Assembly: GCA_041641305.1 (NCBI GenBank) | Contig: JBEPYN010000002.1 | Coordinates: forward strand, 160,001-224,000 | Direction: 5' to 3' | From: Nitrososphaerota archaeon | GTDB taxonomy: Archaea > Thermoproteota > Nitrososphaeria_A > Caldarchaeales > Caldarchaeaceae | DNA: 64,000 nucleotides | Shown: positions 29,988-38,759 of the stretch, in pieces | Numbering within the stretch: position 1 is the stretch's first letter | Layout: the number at the start of each line of letters is the position of its first letter | Program-made: the position numbers and the translations under genes | Notes under the pieces: generated by a model | Told to the model about the DNA's origin: nothing | What the model saw: only the letters and a program-made list of their open reading frames with translations | The model's database searches: none

Positions 29988-30488
29988 ATGACTCAAGCAA
30001 CAGTGGTTAAACCTGTTGAAGAAAAACCTCAAGCAAGCAAGCTCTGCATCATCCTGTCCAAGGGGACGCTTGACATGGCTTATCCGGCGCTTATGCTGGC
30101 TAACGCCGCTGCTGTGATGGGCTACGAGGTCCACATCTTCTTCACCTTCTGGGGGATGAACGTAATCGATAAGAGGAAAATCGACAGCCTCAAGGTTTCG
30201 TCGGTAGGTAACCCGGCTCTTCCCATGCCCAACCTGCTCGGTGCCCTGCCAGGCATGACCGCGCTGGTGACCAAGATGCTGAAGAACAAGATGGTGAAGC
30301 AGCGTGTCCCATCCATCAGGGAGCTCATCAAAACCGCCAAAGAAGCGGGCGTCAAGCTGCACGCATGCTCCACAACCATGGACGTCATGGGCCTGAAGAA
30401 GGAGGATTTCATACCCGAGGTAGACGACATCGTTGGCGCCGCCTCCTTCATACAGATGAGCGAAGGCGGCCAAGTAATCTTCATCTGA
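29988..30488 (+). CDS. DsrE/DsrE2-like sulfur carrier
   Basis: SKGTLDMAYP, FFTFWG, ACSTTMD.MG, GAASF. Confidence 0.85.
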   Translation: MTQATVVKPVEEKPQASKLCIILSKGTLDMAYPALMLANAAAVMGYEVHIFFTFWGMNVIDKRKIDSLKVSSVGNPALPMPNLLGALPGMTALVTKMLKNKMVKQRVPSIRELIKTAKEAGVKLHACSTTMDVMGLKKEDFIPEVDDIVGAASFIQMSEGGQVIFI

Positions 30489-30500
30489 GGTGATGAAAAG

Positions 30501-30746
30501 ATGTCCCAAGCGGTTCGGAAGGTGATTGATTCGCGGGGGAGCTTCTGCCCCGGGCCCTTGACAGACCTTTTCAAGGCCTACCGCGAAGCCAAGAACGGCG
30601 ATATTCTCGAGTTGCTGGCTACTGACCCGGCCGCGAAATCCGATGTGCAGGCATGGGCTCGCAAAACCGGCAACGTCGTAGAAGAGATTGTCGAGGAGCA
30701 GGGCTACATCAGGATTGTTGTACGTGTTACGGCGAAAGGTGGATAA
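30501..30746 (+). CDS. tusA: TusA family sulfurtransferase
   Basis: D.RG..CPGP motif, TDP....DV.AW...TGN. Confidence 0.88.
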   Translation: MSQAVRKVIDSRGSFCPGPLTDLFKAYREAKNGDILELLATDPAAKSDVQAWARKTGNVVEEIVEEQGYIRIVVRVTAKGG

Positions 30747-30749
30747 GAG

Positions 30750-31943
30750 TTGAAGCGTGTGGCTGTGGTGGGCGGCGGAACCGGTGGAACGCTGTTAGCC
30801 AACCTTCTCGCATCCAAGCTACGCAGGGAAATTGACAGCGGGAAAATAGCGGTTACACTCTTTAGCGACAACCCACACCATGTCTTCCAGCCCGCCAACC
30901 TCGAAATCGCCTTCCACGGTGCACAACCCGAAAAATACATTAGAAAAGAAAACACACTCCTCAGCCGCCGCGTCCAGTTCATCAACGAAGGCGTCGAGAA
31001 AATAAACACAGCCGACCGCCAAATACTCACATCATCGGGAAACGAGATCGACTACGAATATCTCGTCATAGCCACGGGCTCCGTCGCCGACCCCTCTCTC
31101 ACACCCGGCCTCGCAGAAGCCAGTGTAAACTTCCACACCTCACCATGGGACGCGGCCAAGGTCTGGCAAGCCCTGTCAAAGTTTGAGCGTGGAAAAGTCA
31201 TCCTCGTCATAGCCGGTGTTCCTCACAAGTGCCCACCCGCACCCACGGAGGCCATGTTTCTCCTCGACGAATACTTCCGAAAAAGAGGGATAAGAGAGCG
31301 TGTAGACCTCACTTTCCTAACACCTTATCCACACGCCTACCCCGCGAAAACCATCGCAGAAATCGTCCAGCCCATGCTCGAGGAGAGAGGAGTAAACATA
31401 GTGCCTTTCTTCAACATCGACCAAGTAGATGTGGCTGGGAAAAAGGTTGTCTCGCTCGAGGGTGAGGAGGTGCCGTATGACTTGTTGATAGCTGTTCCGC
31501 CTCACCGCGGCTCACGCGTGGCCACAGTCTCCGAGATAGGGGACAAGGATGGATGGATACCCGCCGACAAACACTACATGACAGTCAACGGCTACGACGA
31601 TGTATACGCGATAGGCGACGCAACCAACATACCCATATCAAAATCAGGCGTGGTGGCCCATATACAGGCGGGGATAGTGGCTCACAACATCGCGTCATCT
31701 ATTACGGGCACAGACGGCAAGCAGAAATACAACGGCCGAATCAACTGCCCCCTCGAGGTCGGGGGCGGGAAAGCCCTCTTCGTGTCAGGCACCTACACCA
31801 GGCCGCCTAAACACATGAAACCCACAAAGATACGTTACCTGATGAAGAAAAGCTTCGCATCACTATACTGGCTCATGCTAAAAGGCAGCCTCGAGCCAAT
31901 CTTCGACATCTACTTCAGGGAGAAGGAGGAGAACAGCTCTTGA
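30750..31943 (+). CDS. Sulfide:quinone oxidoreductase-like FAD-dependent oxidoreductase (type III-like)
   Basis: GGGTGG, KCPPAP, PPH.G, YAIGDAT..P.SKSG, second Cys in NCPLE. Confidence 0.82.
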   Translation: MKRVAVVGGGTGGTLLANLLASKLRREIDSGKIAVTLFSDNPHHVFQPANLEIAFHGAQPEKYIRKENTLLSRRVQFINEGVEKINTADRQILTSSGNEIDYEYLVIATGSVADPSLTPGLAEASVNFHTSPWDAAKVWQALSKFERGKVILVIAGVPHKCPPAPTEAMFLLDEYFRKRGIRERVDLTFLTPYPHAYPAKTIAEIVQPMLEERGVNIVPFFNIDQVDVAGKKVVSLEGEEVPYDLLIAVPPHRGSRVATVSEIGDKDGWIPADKHYMTVNGYDDVYAIGDATNIPISKSGVVAHIQAGIVAHNIASSITGTDGKQKYNGRINCPLEVGGGKALFVSGTYTRPPKHMKPTKIRYLMKKSFASLYWLMLKGSLEPIFDIYFREKEENSS

Positions 31944-32257
31944 CCCTCGAGCAGACCTTGTCAGAAGAGTTTTACAACGCGTTGGCGGAGTTCTGCAAAG
32001 CCCAAGCACATCCAAAGAGGCTAATGATTCTACACATCCTCGCCGACGGGGAGAAATCTGTGGGCGAGCTTGTTGAACAGCTCGGCATCAACCAGTCAAC
32101 CGTCTCCCAGCACCTCTCTTTCATGAAACGCACAGGCGTCGTCAAAAGCCGCCGCGCCGGCAACACAGTCTTCTACAGCCTCACCGACCCACGAATAGCA
32201 GAAGCATGCAGCATAATTTCACAAGTTGTGCGAGAAAGATTCGCACCCAAACCTTAG
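31940..32257 (+). CDS. ArsR/SmtB family transcriptional regulator
   Basis: AHPKRL.IL..L...E.SVGEL...QSTVSQHL...G.V..RR.G..VFYSL. Confidence 0.9.
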   Translation: MTLEQTLSEEFYNALAEFCKAQAHPKRLMILHILADGEKSVGELVEQLGINQSTVSQHLSFMKRTGVVKSRRAGNTVFYSLTDPRIAEACSIISQVVRERFAPKP

Positions 32258-32295
32258 CGCGTCTTTTTTAACAACTTTATCCATTTTTCACCGGC

Positions 32296-33699
32296 TTGAG
32301 CGGCGAAGTCGGCCTCATAGGTCTCGGGGTGATGGGTGAAAACCTCGCACGCAACATTGCCTCCAAAGGTTACAGCGTCACTGTTTACAACAGAACAAGG
32401 GAGAAGACCGAGAAACTGGTTGAATCGGTGAAACACATTCTGGACATTAGACCATCTTTTAGCTTGGCCGAGCTCGTGTCCAAGCTGGAGAAACCACGCG
32501 TCATTATTCTCATGGTTGAGGCGGGCAAAGCGGTTGACAGCGTTTTGGAGGAGCTTGTACCGTTGCTTAGTCCAGGCGATGTTGTCTGCGACTGTGGTAA
32601 CTCCTTCTTCAGAGATACTGAGCGTCGTCAGAAGGCTGTCGCCGATAGGGGTGTGTTGTTGATGGGCGTGGGTGTCAGCGGAGGCGAGGAGGGTGCGCTG
32701 AAAGGCCCTTCGATAATGGTCGGTGGACCGGTGGAAGGATACCGGGCCACTGAGAAGCTATGGAAAGCGATAGCCGCGAAAGCCGACGGCGAGCCATGCG
32801 CAGGCTACATGGGCTCAGGCGGAGCGGGGCACTTCGTCAAAATGGTCCATAACGGCATCGAATACGCCCTGCTCCAGCTCATAGCAGAGACATACGACAT
32901 CATGAGCAGAGGCCTCGGCAAATCAGCCGCCGAGATAGGCGAGACCTTCAGCAAATGGAGCAAGGGCCTTCTCTCTTCTTATCTGCTTGAGATAGCCTCG
33001 GACGCGTTGATGGTCAGGGATGAGGAGACAGGTCTTCCGCTTGTGGAGCTCGTTCTCGACAAGGCTGGGCAAAAGGGGACGGGGCGATGGACTGTGCAGA
33101 CCGCGGCCGAGCTGGGGGTGCCTACACCGTCTATTGACGCGGCGGTTGCGGCGCGGAACATCTCAGCCCTCAAAGAGCTACGGCAACTCGCTGCAAAGAA
33201 AACCGGGCCACTGGCAAGCAGGATAACCAGCATCAACATGGTGGAGATGCTTCACGACTCCTATCTCTGCTCAGCAATAGTCAGCTACATCCAAGGCTTC
33301 GCACTCATCAGCCACGGTTCCAAAACATACGGGTACGGAACAGTGCTCGAAGACGTCGCCAAGGTCTGGAGAAACGGATGCATCATACGAGCAGCCCTTC
33401 TCAAAAACTTCAGAGACGCATTCAAAGAAGAAGGAGCCGAAGACGAGTCACTGCTTTTCACCGACACCATACACCAGCTCATACACGACAGAGTCGAGCA
33501 ATGGAAACAGACACTCGCACACACGCACATAGCAGGCATCCCCACACCCGTCTACGACGCTTCACTCAACTACTACCTCTCCCTAACCTCCGAAAAACTC
33601 CCCGCAAACATCATCCAAGCACTCCGCGACAGATTCGGCAGCCACACCTACCAACGAATAGACAAACCAGGCGCCTACCACAGCAGCTGGAAACCGTAA
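32296..33699 (+). CDS. gnd: 6-phosphogluconate dehydrogenase, decarboxylating (long-chain, NADP-type)
   Basis: GLGVMG, YNRT, GVSGGEEGA, GHFVKMVHNGIEY, QKGTG.WT, IQA.RD.FG.HTY.R. Confidence 0.95.
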   Translation: MSGEVGLIGLGVMGENLARNIASKGYSVTVYNRTREKTEKLVESVKHILDIRPSFSLAELVSKLEKPRVIILMVEAGKAVDSVLEELVPLLSPGDVVCDCGNSFFRDTERRQKAVADRGVLLMGVGVSGGEEGALKGPSIMVGGPVEGYRATEKLWKAIAAKADGEPCAGYMGSGGAGHFVKMVHNGIEYALLQLIAETYDIMSRGLGKSAAEIGETFSKWSKGLLSSYLLEIASDALMVRDEETGLPLVELVLDKAGQKGTGRWTVQTAAELGVPTPSIDAAVAARNISALKELRQLAAKKTGPLASRITSINMVEMLHDSYLCSAIVSYIQGFALISHGSKTYGYGTVLEDVAKVWRNGCIIRAALLKNFRDAFKEEGAEDESLLFTDTIHQLIHDRVEQWKQTLAHTHIAGIPTPVYDASLNYYLSLTSEKLPANIIQALRDRFGSHTYQRIDKPGAYHSSWKP

Positions 33700-33701
33700 A
33701 A

Positions 33702-33731
33702 GTTACCTAGGTAACCAGTTACCTAGGTAAC
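33702..33731. promoter_or_regulatory. Tandem perfect 14-bp palindromes GTTACCTAGGTAAC (candidate operator)
   Basis: Copies at 33702-33715 and 33718-33731, ending 1 nt before the ATG at 33733. Confidence 0.7.
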
Positions 33732-33732
33732 C

Positions 33733-34707
33733 ATGCTGTTCGACCTAAAGCCTAAGGAGAGTCGCAGAGACCTTTTTGGGAGGGATGAGGAGTTCTCGGA
33801 ACTTGTGCGTCTTGTCGAAAGTGGTGTGTGGGTTGTTGTTTTGGGTAAGAGGATGACTGGGAAAACTTCTCTTGTGTAGACCTTGGCACGTGCAAAAAAT
33901 GGGCTTTATGTCAATTTGTTGGGTGCACGTGGACTGGACACAGTTGTGGAGAGGATTGCGTCGTCTGCCGGGCTTCATCTTCAAGAATTTGGCTTAGACT
34001 TGGGCTTGGTAAATGTTAAATGGAGTAACACGGCCTCCAATATCCTGGAAAGGATAGGAGATAAACCGCTTGTGCTCGACGAGGTTCAGGACGTTGCGTC
34101 AGCTCATTTTCTAAAAATATTGAAGAACGTGTGGGACTCTTATGGCCGGCTACGGATAGTTTTTACCGGGAGCTATGTGGGAATAATGCGCAACCTACTT
34201 GAGCCCTCTCCAAGTTCGCCTTTCTACGGGAGAAAACCGGCTGTGATTACTCTTACTCCATTTTCCAAGGAAAAGTCAACAGAGTTTTTGCGCAGAGGGT
34301 TTAGACAGGCAGGGATCACTCCGCGGGAAAGCGAGCTGGAAGAGGTTGTGGAGCAGCTTAACGGATACGTAGGCTGGCTCACCTACTATGGACATTTCAG
34401 ATGTATTCAGCGTAAAAGCCATCGTGAAGCCCTCGATGCAACCATTAATGAAGGAGAGAAAATCATGCTTGATGAGCTGCGGAATTTTCTGAGAAACAGG
34501 AGGAAAGAGCATTACATACGTGTTTTGAGGCTGGTGCGTTACGGCGCCAGATGGAGCGAGATCAAGTCGGCGACAGGCCTCAATAGTAAAGTCCTCGCCG
34601 ACGTTCTGAAAAACCTCAAATCAGCTATGCTGATAGATGAGGAAAACGGCGTCTACAGGATAAACGATTTCATAACACGGAAAGCTGTAAACAGGCTTCG
34701 CGTGTAG
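33733..34707 (+). pseudogene. Archaeal ATPase (ATPase_2/STAND-like) with C-terminal wHTH, interrupted by an in-frame TAG
   Basis: MLFDLKPKESRRDLFGR...GKRMTGKTSLV*TLARAKNG; TAG at 33877-33879 just after Walker A; Walker B LVLDEVQ, FTGS, YGR and GWL motifs follow in the same frame. Confidence 0.8.
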
Positions 34708-34747
34708 GGAGCATTTAATACGGGGTTTCCCGGAGACTCTGTGGGTT

Positions 34748-36307
34748 ATGGTCGAGACTTTGGCTCACCGCGGAGAAGACATTGTGTACAGGGCCATTTC
34801 TCCCAGCGAGTTTTTCTACAAGAACAGGGACATCGCCGGCTTCAGCAGCCCAGCCAGAAGCCTCTACATGAGCATCCGCGAGCTTGTGGAGAACTCGTTG
34901 GACGCGGCGGAGGCGGGTCGCATACTCCCCGAGATACTTGTTGAGCTGAGCGAGGAGGATGCGGAGAGGAACATTTACCGTTTGAAGGTTGTGGACAATG
35001 GAATAGGTGTACCCGGCGACAAGATTCCCTCAGCGTTTGCGACGGTGCTCTACGGCAGCAAATACGGGTTCAAACAGTCGCGTGGAACCTTCGGCCTCGG
35101 CGGAACAATGGCCCTTCTCTATGGCCAGATCACGACAAACAAGCCGGCTAAAGTGATGTCCAGCACCGACGGCAAAACCCTCTACGTTTATGAGTTGATG
35201 ATAGACGTTGTGGAGAACAAACCTCGGATAATAAGCTCCGAGAAGAGGCCGAGTCCCGGAGGCTGGCGGGGCACTTCTGTCGAGTTTAGCCTCGAGGCTG
35301 ATTATCCGGGTGCACGGGCTAAAATCCTCGACTACATCAAGCACACGGCCATCGTCAACCCACACGCCACCCTCACATTTGTCGACAGCAGAGGCCGGTT
35401 ATACCATTATCCACGCATGGTTGAGAAGGTGCCTGAGCCGCCGCGGGAGACACTGCCTCATCCGGTGGGCGTGGATGTTGAGATGATGTCGCGCATGCTT
35501 GCTGAGACCAAGGCACGCAACCTCCTCACCTTCCTCACAACCTCTTTCCAGAAAATTGGGCCTAAAACCGCTAAAGAGGTTCTTGAACTGGCTGGGCTGA
35601 AGCCGGAGACCAGCCCGAGGAAATTGAGCCACGAGCAGGTCACAGCTTTGGTCAACGCATTCAAGAGCTACGACAAGTTTAGGCCACCTGACCCCACTCC
35701 GCTCAGCCCCGTTGGAAAAGACTTCCTCGAAGCAGGCATCAAGCGAATCTTCAACCCCGACTTCGTCTACGTCGTGCAGCGTGAGCCATCATCATATAGC
35801 GGCCATCCCTTCATCGTCGAGGCGGCCGTAGCATATGGCGGCACCATACCGGTTACAGAGACCATCATGCTCTTCCGCTTCGCCAACAAGATTCCGCTTC
35901 TCTATGATGAGAGGGCTGATGTTGCGTGGAAGGTTGTTGAGGAGAGGATTGACTGGTCTAACTACAAGGTGCCCAAGCCCGCGCCCCTAGCCGTGTTCAC
36001 AAGCATCTGCTCCACCAAGATACCCTACAAGACCGTCGGCAAAGAAGCCATAGCCGACAGGCCCGAGATAGAACGGGAGCTGACCATGGCGCTCCGCGAA
36101 TGCGGCCGCAACCTCAAACTTTACCTCTCACGCATAGAGAAACGAGAAGCCGCCGCCAAGCGCCTAAGCCTCTACACAAAATACCTCCCCATGATAGCAG
36201 AGTTCGCAGCCAAAACCGCCGGCACACGCAAACCCAACATAAAACCACTCCTCAAAAAACTCGGCATAACCCAACAAGAAGACACAGCAACCAAAACAGA
36301 AACATAG
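34748..36307 (+). CDS. top6B: DNA topoisomerase VI subunit B
   Basis: SPSEFF, ELVENSLDA, DNGIG, QSRG.FGLG, RFANKIPL, GKEAIA. Confidence 0.96.
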   Translation: MVETLAHRGEDIVYRAISPSEFFYKNRDIAGFSSPARSLYMSIRELVENSLDAAEAGRILPEILVELSEEDAERNIYRLKVVDNGIGVPGDKIPSAFATVLYGSKYGFKQSRGTFGLGGTMALLYGQITTNKPAKVMSSTDGKTLYVYELMIDVVENKPRIISSEKRPSPGGWRGTSVEFSLEADYPGARAKILDYIKHTAIVNPHATLTFVDSRGRLYHYPRMVEKVPEPPRETLPHPVGVDVEMMSRMLAETKARNLLTFLTTSFQKIGPKTAKEVLELAGLKPETSPRKLSHEQVTALVNAFKSYDKFRPPDPTPLSPVGKDFLEAGIKRIFNPDFVYVVQREPSSYSGHPFIVEAAVAYGGTIPVTETIMLFRFANKIPLLYDERADVAWKVVEERIDWSNYKVPKPAPLAVFTSICSTKIPYKTVGKEAIADRPEIERELTMALRECGRNLKLYLSRIEKREAAAKRLSLYTKYLPMIAEFAAKTAGTRKPNIKPLLKKLGITQQEDTATKTET

Positions 36308-36544
36308 AAAAACGTTCATCTCAGCGTCATCTAGAACGTTATAGTAATGGGCCATTTCATGGACATAATCAATAATGCTGAGAGTCGCCACACCTATCGC
36401 GAAACAATACTGACATAAGAGCATCATAACCTACAAACAATGCATGCGAAAAATGTATTTCACTCCATTTACGTAGAGGTGAGCGAAGAACAATGTTTAT
36501 TCTCATTGGTGGCGGTTAAACGTCATGTGTTCAAAGTGGTCGGA

Positions 36545-37008
36545 ATGGAAAACCTAGAGAAGCTTTCCGAAAAGGTAGGTCCTCGAACATTCGTCGGTGT
36601 TCCGGAAAAACCCGGGGTTTATGTGGTTAGGTGGGTGGAAAATGGAAAACCGAGAGAGACACCCAGATTTAATGGCATAGATAAAAATGGAATAATTTAC
36701 ATAGGCCGTAGTAAGAACCTTAAATCCCGCATTCGGGAATTTTGGAGGGCGTTAAAAGAAGAAAAATCAGGTGATGAAGAGGGCCCCCATTCTGGGGGAA
36801 ACACGTATTCTTTTTCAAATTCGGAAAGGTAATCAAACGGAAAGACCTTGAGGTAAAGTGGCTTGTATTGAACAATGAAAAAGAAGCTAAGCATGTGGAG
36901 CATTGTCTCATTTACAAATATGTTAGACAATATTTTGACAGGACTCTCCTAAATCTCAATGCGCACCGATGGGGATCAGAAACTGAATGCAGGAAATATC
37001 GGTTATAA
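36545..37008 (+). pseudogene. GIY-YIG nuclease, frameshifted
   Basis: PEKPGVY...IIYIGRSKNLKSRI in one frame; after a shift near 36810 the -1 frame gives FGKVIKRKDLEVKW...EAKHVEHCLI...LLN (catalytic Glu and Asn region). AT-rich relative to flanks. Confidence 0.7.
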
Positions 37009-37120
37009 CAAGGTTGGTAGGTATTCTACAAAATGGGAGAGCCTTTTGCCTAGCCCCTCTCCAGAGTAACGCTATTGATTGTGAGGCCTTTTTAGGCCTG
37101 TGGTTGGCGAAGGGTTAAGA

Positions 37121-37128
37121 TTATATAG
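37121..37128 (+). promoter_or_regulatory. TATA box (TTATATAG) for the leuA-ilvB-ilvN transcript
   Basis: Canonical archaeal TATA with a purine-rich BRE-like stretch upstream, about 110 nt before the leuA ATG. Confidence 0.6.
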
Positions 37129-37145
37129 TTCCCGAGGAGTCTTCT

Positions 37146-37187
37146 TTGAGAGGAGTGAGATTATTGCTTCGCCGGTTTGCTTTCTGA
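37146..37187 (+). CDS. Putative Leu-rich leader peptide, (M)RGVRLLLRRFAF or MRLLLRRFAF from GTG 37155
   Basis: TTG AGA GGA GTG AGA TTA TTG CTT CGC CGG TTT GCT TTC TGA between the TATA box and leuA; three consecutive different Leu codons. Confidence 0.5.
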   Translation: MRGVRLLLRRFAF

Positions 37188-37235
37188 ACTCCTCTGTCGA
37201 CGTCTCCTCTACTGTGGGTTTTGTGGTGATGTGGG

Positions 37236-38759
37236 ATGGCGTGGCGTGATTTTCTCGAGCTGAAGTTACCGGGGAGAGTCTTTGTCTTTGACACGACGTT
37301 GCGTGATGGTGAGCAGACGGCTGGGGCTGCGTTGAGGCCTGCTGACAAGGTTAGGCTGGCTGAGGCGTTGGCAGATCTTGGGGTGGATGTTATCGAGGCA
37401 GGGTTTCCGCCTGTTTCGCTCGGCGAATCCTCGGCCATCAAGGAGATAACGGGCATGGGTCTCGGCGCCAAAGTCTGTGTGCTGTCGAGGTGTGAGAAAG
37501 CCGATATAGACGCCGCCGCAAAAGTGGATCCCGAGTGGATACACGTCTTCATAGCGACCTCCGACATCCATCTCCAGCACAAGCTCCGCCTCACCCGCGA
37601 ACAAGCATACGAAAAAGCCGTCTCAGCCGTAGAATACGCGAAATCATACGGCTTCACCGTACACTTCTCAGCCGAGGACGCGACACGTACAGAGCTGCCG
37701 TTTCTGCTACGTGTCTTCAGGGCAGTCGAGGATGCGGGTGCCGACAGCATCGACATTCCCGACACGGTGGGTACAGCAATACCGTTGGCCATGAAGAAGA
37801 TAGTCACGGAGGTCAAGAACACGGTCAAAGTCCCCGTCGCAGTCCACTGCCACGACGACTTCGGACTCGCGGTGGCGAACTCGTTGGCGGGTGTGGAGGC
37901 GGGTGCCGAGATTGTCCACGCAACCATCAACGGCATAGGCGAGAGAGCTGGAAACGCGAGCTTGGAGGAAATTGTCGCCGCTCTCAGGTTTCTCTACGGT
38001 GTCGAGACCGGAATAAAGTTTGAAAAAATCTTCAGAGTTTCACGGCTTGTGGAGAGGCTCATGGGCATAACTGTGCCAAAGAACAAGGCCATAGTCGGCG
38101 ACAACGCCTTCGCACATGAAAGCGGAATACATGTACACGGCGTCCTCGGCAACCCACGCACCTACGAACCCGTCATGCCTGAAGTCTTCGGAAGAAGACG
38201 CAGAATAGTTTTCGGCAAACACTCGGGAATACACGGGCTCGAAGCCTTCCTCAGAGAATACGGCTTCACCGTAGACCGTGAGAAGGTGTCGCAGATACTT
38301 AGGCGGATCAAGGAGTTCGCCGATTCTGGTGGAAAGGTTTCTGAGGAGATTGTTCTCAACTATGCGGAGGAGGTGTATGGCCGGCGGAGCCAGCAACGCT
38401 CCTATGTCAAAAACCTGTTCCTAATGCTGGCTGGAAACGTTTTCAAGGCTCAGGTTGACTTGATGGTTGCCGGCGAGCTTGTGACAGGAGACGGTGAAGG
38501 GTCATCAGCGGTAGAGGCGGCGTTAAATGCCGTGACAAACGCAGCACGGAGAATCGCAGACTTCGAGGTAATCGACTACAAGATACATTCACCGTTAACA
38601 GGCGGCCAAAGCTCCGAGGCAGAGGTCGTCCTTGGCGTCGGAGGTGTTGAATATGTTGGCCGAGGAATTGGCCCCGACCCTTCGCTAGCCGTTGTCTCGG
38701 CTCTCACGAGCGCGGTTCACCAGTTATTGTTTGAGCAAAGGAGGCTGGAGACAGAATGA
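37236..38759 (+). CDS. leuA: 2-isopropylmalate synthase (LeuA/CimA family)
   Basis: DTTLRDGEQ, PDTVG, HCHDDFG, GIGERAGN, HESGIH, C-terminal regulatory domain; citramalate synthase not excluded. Confidence 0.82.
   Translation: MAWRDFLELKLPGRVFVFDTTLRDGEQTAGAALRPADKVRLAEALADLGVDVIEAGFPPVSLGESSAIKEITGMGLGAKVCVLSRCEKADIDAAAKVDPEWIHVFIATSDIHLQHKLRLTREQAYEKAVSAVEYAKSYGFTVHFSAEDATRTELPFLLRVFRAVEDAGADSIDIPDTVGTAIPLAMKKIVTEVKNTVKVPVAVHCHDDFGLAVANSLAGVEAGAEIVHATINGIGERAGNASLEEIVAALRFLYGVETGIKFEKIFRVSRLVERLMGITVPKNKAIVGDNAFAHESGIHVHGVLGNPRTYEPVMPEVFGRRRRIVFGKHSGIHGLEAFLREYGFTVDREKVSQILRRIKEFADSGGKVSEEIVLNYAEEVYGRRSQQRSYVKNLFLMLAGNVFKAQVDLMVAGELVTGDGEGSSAVEAALNAVTNAARRIADFEVIDYKIHSPLTGGQSSEAEVVLGVGGVEYVGRGIGPDPSLAVVSALTSAVHQLLFEQRRLETE

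Noticed and set aside
33877-33879. Amber recoding (pyrrolysine or readthrough)
   Set aside because: TAG is the normal terminator of many genes here (potC, potD, gcvH, topoisomerase IB) and no pyl genes are seen.
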